46,497 bases of DNA from positions 1 to 46,497 of the IMG/VR virus record IMGVR_UViG_3300037313_002209. One strand, given 5' to 3'. This stretch comes from a virus (lineage: Duplodnaviria > Caudoviricetes). The translations under genes were made by a program, and so were the position numbers. The notes beneath the pieces are model-generated. The model saw nothing but the letters and a program-made list of their open reading frames with translations. It was not told where the DNA came from and made no database searches. Below, piece by piece: positions 1-8,757 of the stretch. Within the stretch, counting starts at the first letter, position 1. Every line of letters starts with the position of its first letter.

Positions 1-1164
1 CTAACTGGCAGATTGTACATGCTCGGGCTTCCTATCGGTATTCGGCTTAATTGTCGGCTTTGCTCTGGTTACAGCATCTTGCATAGCAGTCAGCGTGCGT
101 CGGGCTGCCTGGTCGATGATTTCGGTGGCAAGTGGCGAAAGGATATACTGCATCGCACCCTCTTCCATATGCAGCCTCTCCTTAGGCTTTACACGGCTGA
201 CTGCAGCCATAGCGATTAGGGTGGCGGCGAAGGCTGTGCAAATGGCAGGCACGAACACAAACACTCTTAGGAACCGGTGCAATTGTGCGTCGGTAACATC
301 TTCAGGGTTGATGCCAAAAACCATTGCGGTGAACGAGTGCAATTGTGAATTCAACACAGCTTCGCGATATTGGAGTTGTGTTGCGGCAACTTGTTTGTCG
401 GTGACGCTACGGTCGAACATGTTCAGAGCCTGGCGCGTGCTTGCCACTACGGTAGCTGCGCTGTCACGGTCGGTTTTTGCGCTATTGACTGCGGCAACGA
501 GGGGATCAATGCGCTTATCGTGTGAACATTGGACGCCCTTGTATGCGCGACCATCCCTCGTTGTTCCCGACGTCTGCATGCATTTTTGCTCGGGAAGGTT
601 GCCAAGCTTTTCCGTCGCAAGTGATAGTTGTTTCTCAGCGCTGTCCAGCATGGTGGCAGCCTGTTTAGCAGCGTTCTGTGCGTCGGTAAACTTTGCTGCG
701 AAATCGGCAGCAGCACTCCTTGCATCATCCAGTTGTTCTTTTGCATGTACAACATCGAACAACCTTGGTCGGAACATAATTTCGCCAAGCTGCGACATTG
801 ATTTGACGGTAACTAATGCAGCGCCGATAACGCCAATGAGTGCAGCAAGTCTGATAAGCTTTGATGGCTGCGTGCGCACAGCGAGAGCAAGCGGCACACG
901 ACACACTTCTATGACTGCGTACGCGATTGGCGCTAGCATCATCATAGCCATCTGCCATTCATCACCGCGTCCGTAGGTATGGGCAAAAATATAGGCGCCA
1001 ATGAGAGACGCGCCAGCGATCACCATTTCGGTCGTGTATGCTAGGACCACCATCTTAAGGTTGATGCTATAACCGCGGAGTTGATCGGCTATATCACGGG
1101 GTGTTTCTTTGGCGATCAAATGCACCTTTACAATCCTTCTCGGTACAGACGTATGCAAATTCAT
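1..1164 (-). CDS. Membrane-anchored coiled-coil hypothetical protein
   Basis: 387-aa ORF with three N-terminal hydrophobic segments, an Ala/Gln-rich coiled coil containing a Cys pair, and a further TM segment (FLRVFVFVPAICTAFAATLIAMAAV). Stop TAG at 1-3. Confidence 0.7.
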   Translation of the reverse strand: MNLHTSVPRRIVKVHLIAKETPRDIADQLRGYSINLKMVVLAYTTEMVIAGASLIGAYIFAHTYGRGDEWQMAMMMLAPIAYAVIEVCRVPLALAVRTQPSKLIRLAALIGVIGAALVTVKSMSQLGEIMFRPRLFDVVHAKEQLDDARSAAADFAAKFTDAQNAAKQAATMLDSAEKQLSLATEKLGNLPEQKCMQTSGTTRDGRAYKGVQCSHDKRIDPLVAAVNSAKTDRDSAATVVASTRQALNMFDRSVTDKQVAATQLQYREAVLNSQLHSFTAMVFGINPEDVTDAQLHRFLRVFVFVPAICTAFAATLIAMAAVSRVKPKERLHMEEGAMQYILSPLATEIIDQAARRTLTAMQDAVTRAKPTIKPNTDRKPEHVQSAS

Positions 1165-1307
1165 AACCTACGATAGCGTAAAAGTTTGAATGGTCAAACG
1201 AATACACCAAACCTTGGTGGTGGTGTCGTTGTCGTTTGTTGTTGACCGGATGGTGCGTTGGATGTAAGGTTGTCAGCAGCGGAACAGAGACACACACGGA
1301 GGCGGAC

Positions 1308-1511
1308 ATGGCGGCAAATGTTACATTCTCCCACGATGGAACCTGGGCGTTTATTAGCCCAAACCTCGCAGTGTATCCTCGGGAAGATGGTACGTTCTCT
1401 ATCGGCAAGAGAAGTGGCGCGCGTGACTACTGCGATGTTGACACTGGCTTTGTGAATATGGACGCCGCAATCGACCACGCCGAATGGTTGATCCGGAGGC
1501 ACGATGCGTAA
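1308..1511 (+). CDS. Small hypothetical protein
   Basis: ATG 1308 preceded by GGAGG; TTGACC-N17-TAAGGT upstream (1242-1270). Confidence 0.65.
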   Translation: MAANVTFSHDGTWAFISPNLAVYPREDGTFSIGKRSGARDYCDVDTGFVNMDAAIDHAEWLIRRHDA

Positions 1512-1737
1512 GGTCGTGGTCGATATGGAGCGCGGCAGACTTGGCCTGCCACTGCGCTACATCGTCTGGTTCAAAGGTGAGCGGGCAGAACACGTTGAGC
1601 GTGACCCGCACGGGTCTGGCAGGCGTGGCCGGCCAGTCCACCTATGGTGGCGATTGAAGGGCGAGCCATCGTCGCACGTTCAGAAGATCATCGAGCGCGC
1701 TCGCGCTCAGGTGTCCGGGCTTGACAGCGCTCCATAA
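1504..1737 (+). CDS. Small hypothetical protein
   Basis: ATG overlaps the end of the previous ORF; GGAGG SD upstream. Confidence 0.6.
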   Translation: MRKVVVDMERGRLGLPLRYIVWFKGERAEHVERDPHGSGRRGRPVHLWWRLKGEPSSHVQKIIERARAQVSGLDSAP

Positions 1738-1803
1738 ACCTACACCAGGTGGTGACGACCCCTTGCCGGGCCGTCCTTTTCCTGGCCAAGCTACTAGCGC
1801 GGT

Positions 1804-2070
1804 GTGGACGGCTTGCTTTCTGGCCCAGCCATTTTGAGGTCGGCAAGAACCTTGGTGGCAGGTGGCGCCGTGCTATGGCTTGTAGGACTGAGCATCGCCG
1901 TACAGAAGGTCATACCAAACAGAACTGAAGTAATAAAAACCATGCGCTTCAAACAGAGTATGACTTGGCAGGAAATTGGCAGGCACTTCAAAATGACCCG
2001 CCAGGGAATCCATTGGTTTGTTTCTACGCATGCGCCTGATCTCTTAGGAAAAAGTCCGGTCGATCGTTAA
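1804..2070 (+). CDS. Small helix-turn-helix protein (start uncertain)
   Basis: MTWQEIGRHFKMTRQGIH is an HTH pattern, similar to the second HTH of 11566..12231. Confidence 0.55.
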   Translation: MDGLLSGPAILRSARTLVAGGAVLWLVGLSIAVQKVIPNRTEVIKTMRFKQSMTWQEIGRHFKMTRQGIHWFVSTHAPDLLGKSPVDR

Positions 2071-2114
2071 AAGAAGGTTAAGACAACAGCTTCAATAAGG
2101 TGTGATGGTCAGCC

Positions 2115-2621
2115 ATGATGTTCCAGCTAATCAACGGGTTCCATCTTTTTGAAGAAGGGAGTCATTATCAATTTGACTTCGACTCGCTTGAGGAAATCGA
2201 AACCATCTACGCGTGGCTGAACGACGTCGATGGGAAAAAGAGCTCTGGGTTGAGTGTTGAGCGAATTGTGGCATATGAACCTCGAGGAATGTTTCCAAAT
2301 GAGTCTATATGTCCCATTGTTAGGGACTATTTTTGCTATGAACTTCTAGGCTCTAAGGTGTCGGCGAGTTTTCATTGGATGAGGCATTATAACCACAAAT
2401 TCGAAGGCAGTCATGCAAACTTGCCCAAGAATCGCCAGATGATGTTAGATCTGCAGATGCACAATGTTGAGTTCTATGATCCCAAAGTCCTGATTGCAAC
2501 AAAGTTTGCAAATACTAGTCCCGTTGACAGTTGTAGCGCAGATACAGGCTATGTGCATGATGTCGTCTTTCACGACCCGGCTGTCGAAGTGCTATTCAAA
2601 CTTACATGGCATGAACCTTAG
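2115..2621 (+). CDS. Hypothetical protein ending in LFKLTW
   Basis: 168-aa ORF; C-terminal LFKLxW motif shared with 25587..25880. Confidence 0.65.
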   Translation: MMFQLINGFHLFEEGSHYQFDFDSLEEIETIYAWLNDVDGKKSSGLSVERIVAYEPRGMFPNESICPIVRDYFCYELLGSKVSASFHWMRHYNHKFEGSHANLPKNRQMMLDLQMHNVEFYDPKVLIATKFANTSPVDSCSADTGYVHDVVFHDPAVEVLFKLTWHEP

Positions 2622-2734
2622 GAAATTGTAACAACACGGACTACCCTCGGTGTAGCAAATACAGAATGGCAAGTTGGTAGTTACCATAGTATCGTAGCAG
2701 GAGGCTGAGGAGAAGGTGTGCCATTGGCTAGTTC

Positions 2735-2764
2735 GGTTGACTATATACCAAAATACACTAAACT
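2735..2764 (+). promoter_or_regulatory. Sigma70-like promoter for rtcB
   Basis: GG-TTGACT-N16-TAAACT, followed by AGGAG SD and ATG 2789. Confidence 0.55.
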
Positions 2765-2788
2765 GTGCCTTGTATAGGAGTCATTATA

Positions 2789-5092
2789 ATGGCTGACAAT
2801 GGACAAACAACGCGACGTCCCGACTATTTTGAGGCGCGGGCGCGTGAATTGTGTAGGGCTGCAGGAACTGATCCTGACAGTCGGGTAATGCTACCGGGCA
2901 AGCCACGTGGCATGCCAGCATGGTGCACTTTCCGAGAAGCTGCTAAAGCAGAGGCCGATGCTGCTAAGACTGCAGAAGCGGCAGCGCAGATTGCAAACCT
3001 TCGACCACAGGATGGCAAGTACCGGAACAGTCCGCTGACGGTGCTTGGTGAGCATGACGACGCAACCATTGCCCAAATGCGAAACTGTATGTCGGTCGGG
3101 AACGTGGTAGCTGGGGTTATCTGCGCTGATGGACATCTAGGTTATGCCCAACCTGTTGGTGGCGTTATTGCCTATGAGAAGCAGATTAGTATATCGGGGG
3201 TTGGCTATGATATCGGATGCTTTACGGGAGACACACGTATTTACACGTTAGATGGCAAACATCCATGTTTGAAGGATGTTGTAGGAAAAGAGGTCTGGGT
3301 GCTCTCACTGTCTAATTATAACGTAGTGCCAAAGAAGGCGTTCGGCTTGAAGACCCGGTTAAATGCTCGCCTGTGCATGGTGACATTGGACAATGGCAAA
3401 GCTATCCGGTGCACGGCCGATCACAAGTTTTTACTTCGTAATGGCGTTTACGCTGAAGCAAAAGATCTCACTTCCGGCCAAAGCCTTATGCCGTTCAATT
3501 ATTTTTGCGACGGCGATGGCTATGCAATGGTAAATCAACTGCAACCTTTAGGAGCGCCGAAGCAATGGCCAGCACGCGTGCAAACATTGGTGCTAAAGGC
3601 GGGCTTGTTGGAAGTTGACCCGGTATTATGCCCTGAGGGTGAAGAAATCCATACTCATCACGGCGATGGAGATATAGGGAACAACGATCCATCCAACCTA
3701 TACGCTGTGGGGCAAAACACGCACGCTAAATTCCATGCATCAGAAAGAGATTGGTCGTATAAGAACAGTGAAGAATTTGCTGAATCAAGGCGTAACGGTA
3801 TAGAGAGATTTTGGAGGGAAGCAAGACAGAATGCAGAATTTATGGAAAAAAGGCGCCAGAGATCTGGCGAGAATTGGCGTGCTTATAATGCCACCAACGT
3901 TGGGGTACCCTGTCCAATCTGCGGCGATCGGATAGTAAACTATAGACACGCCTTGTCAAAACATCCGGTAGAATTGCGGGCTGGCACCAGCCTGAGGCCC
4001 AAAGGCAAGCTGGTTGAACGTTTAGTGGCCGGTTCCACTAACCACAAGGTCGTTTCTGTTGAGAAGCTTGATTATGTTGAAGACGTTTACTGTTTGCATG
4101 TACCAGGAACACATAATTTCGCGCTGCTATCAGGCGTTTACGTTCACAATTGTGGTAACCTAGCTGCTCGCCTCGACGTGCCGTTCGATCAGATACAAGA
4201 TCGTGTAGGACCTATCATCCAGGATATTGCACGCCATATTTCATTTGGTGTCGGACGCACGAACGCAGAGCGTGTCGACCATGCGCTGTTCGATGATAAG
4301 GATGCGTGGTTAGAGTCCGACATGGCTGAATATCGGTCAAAAGCTGTCAAGCAGCTAGGCACAGTTGGTTCTGGCAACCACTATGTTGACCTAATGCGTG
4401 ATGAACAGGGTTTCGTCTGGATTGGCGTACATTTCGGCAGCAGAGGTCTCGGACACACCAGTGCGACCCGTTACCTCAAGGCTGCAGGCGGCAAAGATGG
4501 TATGCATGTTGCACCCGCTATAGTTGACGAGGATAGCGAACTTGGCGCCAGGTATATTGCTGCTATGGAGTTGGCCGGACGCTATTCCTACGCAGGACGT
4601 GAATGGGTGGTCGAGCGCGTAAGGCAGATTATAGGTGGCTCGATTACCGACCTTGTGCACAATCATCACAACTACGCATGGCGCGAAGAGCATAACGGAC
4701 GAGATTTGTGGGTTGTGAGGAAAGGAGCAACGCCAGCATTTCCAGGACAGCGTGGCTTTGTTGGCGGAAGTATGGGTGATGACGCTGTTATCCTCGAAGG
4801 CGTTGACAGCCCTGAGGCAAAGGCAGCGCTTTATTCAACTGTCCACGGAGCAGGTCGCTTGCATGGACGAAATGAAGCGAGGAGGCGCTTCAGGCGCGCG
4901 GAGATGGATGAATGGCTACGCAGGCGTGGCGTAATGTTGGTCGGTGCTGATTTAGATGAGTCGCCGATGGCCTATAGGCGCTTACCTGATGTATTAGCAC
5001 ACCACACCGCATCAGCACGCGTTCTGCATAGGCTGCGTCCATTTGCTGTTGCAATGGCGGGTGCTGGCGAATTCGATCCTTGGAAAGACTGA
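2789..5092 (+). CDS. rtcB: RtcB RNA ligase (3'-phosphate/5'-OH) precursor containing an intein
   Basis: ADGHLGY..PVGGV, GYDIG/CG (split by intein), QLGTVGSGNHY, HFGSRGLG, HNHHNYA, RKGATPA, GSMG, STVHGAGR, DESPMAY motifs. Confidence 0.95.
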   Translation: MADNGQTTRRPDYFEARARELCRAAGTDPDSRVMLPGKPRGMPAWCTFREAAKAEADAAKTAEAAAQIANLRPQDGKYRNSPLTVLGEHDDATIAQMRNCMSVGNVVAGVICADGHLGYAQPVGGVIAYEKQISISGVGYDIGCFTGDTRIYTLDGKHPCLKDVVGKEVWVLSLSNYNVVPKKAFGLKTRLNARLCMVTLDNGKAIRCTADHKFLLRNGVYAEAKDLTSGQSLMPFNYFCDGDGYAMVNQLQPLGAPKQWPARVQTLVLKAGLLEVDPVLCPEGEEIHTHHGDGDIGNNDPSNLYAVGQNTHAKFHASERDWSYKNSEEFAESRRNGIERFWREARQNAEFMEKRRQRSGENWRAYNATNVGVPCPICGDRIVNYRHALSKHPVELRAGTSLRPKGKLVERLVAGSTNHKVVSVEKLDYVEDVYCLHVPGTHNFALLSGVYVHNCGNLAARLDVPFDQIQDRVGPIIQDIARHISFGVGRTNAERVDHALFDDKDAWLESDMAEYRSKAVKQLGTVGSGNHYVDLMRDEQGFVWIGVHFGSRGLGHTSATRYLKAAGGKDGMHVAPAIVDEDSELGARYIAAMELAGRYSYAGREWVVERVRQIIGGSITDLVHNHHNYAWREEHNGRDLWVVRKGATPAFPGQRGFVGGSMGDDAVILEGVDSPEAKAALYSTVHGAGRLHGRNEARRRFRRAEMDEWLRRRGVMLVGADLDESPMAYRRLPDVLAHHTASARVLHRLRPFAVAMAGAGEFDPWKD
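3218..4150 (+). mobile_element. Intein (311 aa) with HNH homing endonuclease in RtcB
   Basis: Starts CFTGDT, block B CTADHKF, HNH motif HHGDGDIGNNDPSNL...H, ends DVYCLHVPGTHNF...VYVHN followed by Cys+1. Removal restores GYDIG-CGN. Confidence 0.93.
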
Positions 5093-5153
5093 TACCGGCT
5101 GAAAGCGAGTCTAGCATTGGTCCAACCGTTTGTAACCTAACAGCGAGGTACAT

Positions 5154-5525
5154 ATGGAGTCTGCATGGTCTGTAGGTATTGGGCTTGCTTGTGCAGCACA
5201 GATTCTCATAACCTTTCCTTCTGGTGCGACATCCGAGACGCCCAATCCTGATACCAAAATGCGGGAATGGTTTAGATCTTTGAGACAACCGAGGAATGGA
5301 ATGTCATGCTGTGATATTTCTGACTGTCGGTACGTTGACTATCGATATATTGACAACCACTATGATATCAAAATTGATAACAAGTGGATGACTGTGCCTG
5401 GTGAGGGTGTGATTCATGGCACACAAAATGTTACAGGTAAGGCAGTCGCTTGCTACAACAAAAGCAATCCCTATTCAGACATGATTACTATTCTCTGCTT
5501 TGTACCGCCTCACACTGGATCATGA
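5154..5525 (+). CDS. Cys-rich, probably secreted small protein
   Basis: Hydrophobic N-terminus; WFRSL..SCCDISDCR...AVAC...CFVPP pattern. Confidence 0.7.
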   Translation: MESAWSVGIGLACAAQILITFPSGATSETPNPDTKMREWFRSLRQPRNGMSCCDISDCRYVDYRYIDNHYDIKIDNKWMTVPGEGVIHGTQNVTGKAVACYNKSNPYSDMITILCFVPPHTGS

Positions 5526-6036
5526 ACAGGCGCTTGTACGCCGCGATTACAGCGCATGCTTGAGATGTAGCGTCAGCAACTGCGTCGTGATACACCCCTT
5601 CACGGTGATCGTTTAGGTTGATATCAGCTAAGTCGTATACAGTCCGAGTGCAGCGCTCCGCACGGTACGACCAGGGAACGTCAAGTCGAGAAATGCGGTA
5701 GGCGTTTCGTAAGATAACCAAGTCGAAAGCCGGCGAGTTGGCCCATACTTTGACATTAGCACCAAGGAAGGTCCCTAGGTCGCGCAACACGTCGGTTAGT
5801 GGCAATTGATTACTGAAAGCTGACTCTCGAGCAGCAGCGCTCTGTTGCATCCACCACACAATGGTCGAGGCTGATACAGTCATACCGTGAGCCATGCAAT
5901 CCTCAAGTGAGGTGCGTGCGTAAAACTTCTCGCCAATGAACCCAGCCTTGGGGTCAAACCGAACAGCCCCGATCGACAGGATCGCCGCACTCGGCACATT
6001 GTCCATAGTCTCAATGTCAATCATCACATCGTCCAC
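5488..6036 (-). CDS. 3'-5' exonuclease, DEDDh (Rv2179c/ExoVIII-like)
   Basis: VMIDIETM, ILSIGAV.F, VWANSPAFD, RCTRT, HDAVADA motifs; GGAGG SD. Confidence 0.85.
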   Translation of the reverse strand: MDDVMIDIETMDNVPSAAILSIGAVRFDPKAGFIGEKFYARTSLEDCMAHGMTVSASTIVWWMQQSAAARESAFSNQLPLTDVLRDLGTFLGANVKVWANSPAFDLVILRNAYRISRLDVPWSYRAERCTRTVYDLADINLNDHREGVYHDAVADATSQACAVIAAYKRLFMIQCEAVQSRE

Positions 6037-6052
6037 AGCTAAACCTCCAGCG

Positions 6053-6388
6053 CTATGCCATTAATGGGTTAATTTCAATGATCAATTCCACTCCAGCCGA
6101 CCAATTTGCAGCTCCAAGTTGCGCATCTACCGAGATGCAGCCAGGAGTGTCCAACCATGACTGAATGCTGCTAACGTCAAGCTCTTCGCAGAACCCAGAC
6201 AGCGATTCGACGAACTCATCGAGTGAATCAAACGCAGCGGTTTGTGCTGGCAATGGTCCACCATGATGTTCATACACAAAATTATCAGCCAAGAATTCCT
6301 GAAGTTTTTCGGCTGCTTCGTCGTCACAGCATTTATAAAGGTGGTGTACGTTTGACTCATAACCAACAGCACGATCCACGATCACCAT
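6053..6388 (-). CDS. Hypothetical protein
   Basis: AGGAGG SD, promoter upstream, co-oriented with the exonuclease. Confidence 0.65.
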   Translation of the reverse strand: MVIVDRAVGYESNVHHLYKCCDDEAAEKLQEFLADNFVYEHHGGPLPAQTAAFDSLDEFVESLSGFCEELDVSSIQSWLDTPGCISVDAQLGAANWSAGVELIIEINPLMA

Positions 6389-6420
6389 CGAAACCTCCTA
6401 TAGGGTCCTGCGTTGAGCTG

Positions 6421-6450
6421 GCTATAGCATATCTGTGGTGCGAGTCAACC
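6421..6450 (-). promoter_or_regulatory. Sigma70-like promoter
   Basis: GG-TTGACT-N16-TATAGC on the minus strand upstream of 6388. Confidence 0.55.
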
Positions 6451-6515
6451 AGATTGGATAAGACAACCGTAAGCGGTGATTTCTTGGCACGTCGAGGTGT
6501 GTGCGGCGAAAGAAT

Positions 6516-6545
6516 GGTTGATTAAGGTCCAATCCATGTCATTAT
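6516..6545 (+). promoter_or_regulatory. Sigma70-like promoter for the nuclease-helicase genes
   Basis: GG-TTGATT-N16-CATTAT. It overlaps ATG 6544, so GTG 6571 (AAAGGA SD) may be the true start. Confidence 0.45.
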
Positions 6546-7254
6546 GAGTGCAACAGTTAAAGGACCGCACGTGACCGTAGTTACACTAGACCACCCGCAG
6601 CTCACTGCCATTTACGCCTCTGGCGCCTATAACGGCGTAGGATCCATTAAGCAGTTGTGCGATAGCATCTGGCGTGCGTCGATGAATGTACCGCTTGTGC
6701 GTGTTGATCCCGATAGCGACCAAAGCCCGTACGATAAGCAACGGAAGTTCCGCGGCGACGCATTTGAAATCTTCGGTGAATACTTTTGCAGAGTTACCGA
6801 CACCGATTCACGGGTCGGCGTTAGGGCTGGGCAGCTTGTGCCACTGGAGGAGGATGTGGGCGTCGATCTGCACGGTGACAGCACTTTGGGCGATGGTCCA
6901 GTGTCGGTCCAATTCAAATTCAAATCGGATGCCACCTATGAGTTCAAGCTGCGTGAGCTAGCAACGTGGCTTGCAGCGTCTGGACATATATATGGTGCAT
7001 CGGGTAGGAACCTTATTCTGGTTACAACCAGCGCTTGTGTTAACTATCGTGTTCGGCAGGTAGTGCCCAACCTTCGTGTAGTCAACCGGACAATCCTACA
7101 GGAAATGACTGACACAAACGTTGGCTTTTGGAATGATTTCCATGCAAGCCTTGCTGGCTCAGTAAAAACGCCGAAGCAGCGGCAAGATCGTACGCTGTAT
7201 CCCGATCAGGAAGCAGCGCTCGCCAGCATTGCAAATTGGATGGACAACCGATGA
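6544..7254 (+). CDS. Mrr-like PD-(D/E)xK endonuclease carrying a helicase Q-motif at its C-terminus
   Basis: GDAFEIF, DVGVD, VQFK catalytic pattern; ends TLYPDQEAAL (Q-motif-like). Confidence 0.7.
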   Translation: MSATVKGPHVTVVTLDHPQLTAIYASGAYNGVGSIKQLCDSIWRASMNVPLVRVDPDSDQSPYDKQRKFRGDAFEIFGEYFCRVTDTDSRVGVRAGQLVPLEEDVGVDLHGDSTLGDGPVSVQFKFKSDATYEFKLRELATWLAASGHIYGASGRNLILVTTSACVNYRVRQVVPNLRVVNRTILQEMTDTNVGFWNDFHASLAGSVKTPKQRQDRTLYPDQEAALASIANWMDNR

Positions 7255-8717
7255 TACGGGGACAAATAATTGCGCCGACAGGCTCGGGCAAAACACTCAC
7301 AGAGCATGGTGCTGTCAACCACAGCATTACACGAGGCGGCTTGATCCACGTCGTGCTTGCGCCGCGGATTGCCTTGGTTCATCAGTTGCTCAATGATTTT
7401 TGGGATTACAAGCAGGGTGTGTGGACCGGTTTGTGTGTCTGCAGTTCGGATGCCGAATACCAAGAGTATTACGAAGGCGAAGAGCCAAACCTTGCGGTCG
7501 AAACAACGACACAAAGTGATCGAATCGCTGAACGGATAGAAGAAGCGTTGTCGTCGAAGGTGGCGCTAAACATTTTTTCCACCTTGCACAGCGCTGGCAG
7601 CATCGCAGCAGCCCTGCAGCGTTGCAATGCGGAAGCTGATCTGGTTGTGGTCGATGAAGCACATAACCTTACGCGCGACGCGTGGCACAAATGGCTTACT
7701 GCGCTGCCGTCTAAGGCGCAGTTGTATTTTACCGCTACGCGCCGCGTTAGCAAGAATGGCGAAGGCATCGGGCGCGGCATGGATAACCGAGAGTTGTTTG
7801 GTGAGGTTATCTTTAAAGTTCCACCAAAGATTCTGATCGATCAAGGGCGTATTGTTGCTCCTCGGCTCCATTTGATGTATCCCGATACTACCATTAACAT
7901 CAGCCACCTCAAATCAGAGCTGCATGCTAAGGTTCAAATGGTAGTGGGTGGGGCGTTGAAGCATGCTGAGGTCATGGATGGTAAGCCCGCAAGGCTTATA
8001 GTGTTTTGCACAAGTGCCGACGAAGCCCATGACATAGCTGAGTCGGATATAGTGCAACGCCATCTGCCCGAGTGGAGCCTGACAGCAGTGACCAGCCTCC
8101 AGGAGAGGATGGGTCGCAAGAGGCGCAAGGACCTGTTTGCTGAGTTTTCAAAGTGCGAAAGGTCAATCCTGTTCCACTATGATGTTGTTAGCGAAGGCAT
8201 TGACCTTCCCGGAGCAACAGCAATCCTCCCCTTGCGAGAGCTAGGCGAGATAAAGATGGTGCAGGCAATTGGTCGCGTGCTGCGCCCAACCAAGGTCGAC
8301 CGCCAGCGTTTGGCTGACGGAGTGATCTCGGTAGACAATAAGGCTGGATGGGAGAAGCCTTATGGCTGGGTGTTGCTACCATTGCTTGGCGGCGAGTATA
8401 ACTGGGCTGCCGAAAAGCTGAGAGACGTTGTTTGGAGTCTGAGGGGCTCCGATTTTAACATAGACGTAGAGACAATGAGCGTTGTCGAAACGGCACGCCC
8501 GATCCGCCCACAAAACAGCAGTGAAACTCTCATGCCACCAGCTAACGACGACATCATCTCGGACCTGTTTACTGGCTTGGGTGATAGCTTGCGCAAGGTT
8601 GATGTTGCTGTCAAACATGAATTGGAAGCTGAGGAAGCTTTGGTTACGAGGCTCCGAGCCGTGCCTGGCGTCAACAAACCCGGACTGCTTGACCGTATCC
8701 GTAGCAAGCCTGGTTGA
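7251..8717 (+). CDS. SF2 helicase/translocase (restriction-enzyme type)
   Basis: APTGSGKT, LAPRIAL, VVDEAH, FTAT, SEGIDLP, QAIGRVLR. ATG overlaps the upstream stop (ATGA). Confidence 0.9.
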   Translation: MIRGQIIAPTGSGKTLTEHGAVNHSITRGGLIHVVLAPRIALVHQLLNDFWDYKQGVWTGLCVCSSDAEYQEYYEGEEPNLAVETTTQSDRIAERIEEALSSKVALNIFSTLHSAGSIAAALQRCNAEADLVVVDEAHNLTRDAWHKWLTALPSKAQLYFTATRRVSKNGEGIGRGMDNRELFGEVIFKVPPKILIDQGRIVAPRLHLMYPDTTINISHLKSELHAKVQMVVGGALKHAEVMDGKPARLIVFCTSADEAHDIAESDIVQRHLPEWSLTAVTSLQERMGRKRRKDLFAEFSKCERSILFHYDVVSEGIDLPGATAILPLRELGEIKMVQAIGRVLRPTKVDRQRLADGVISVDNKAGWEKPYGWVLLPLLGGEYNWAAEKLRDVVWSLRGSDFNIDVETMSVVETARPIRPQNSSETLMPPANDDIISDLFTGLGDSLRKVDVAVKHELEAEEALVTRLRAVPGVNKPGLLDRIRSKPG

Positions 8718-8741
8718 CCGCGTGCAAGAACGCGCTATAGT
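8712..8741 (+). promoter_or_regulatory. Internal promoter for the methyltransferase
   Basis: GG-TTGACC-N16-TATAGT overlapping the helicase stop. Confidence 0.6.
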
Positions 8742-8757
8742 CACGGTGTGATAGAGG

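Noticed and set aside
95-976. 293-aa plus-strand ORF and similar long antisense ORFs (e.g. 22608..23195, 35893..36321, 43919..44497)
   Set aside because: Shadows of well-supported genes on the opposite strand; no motifs.
2622-2735. tRNA or RtcB-associated RNA upstream of rtcB
   Set aside because: No cloverleaf or convincing T-arm could be built by eye.
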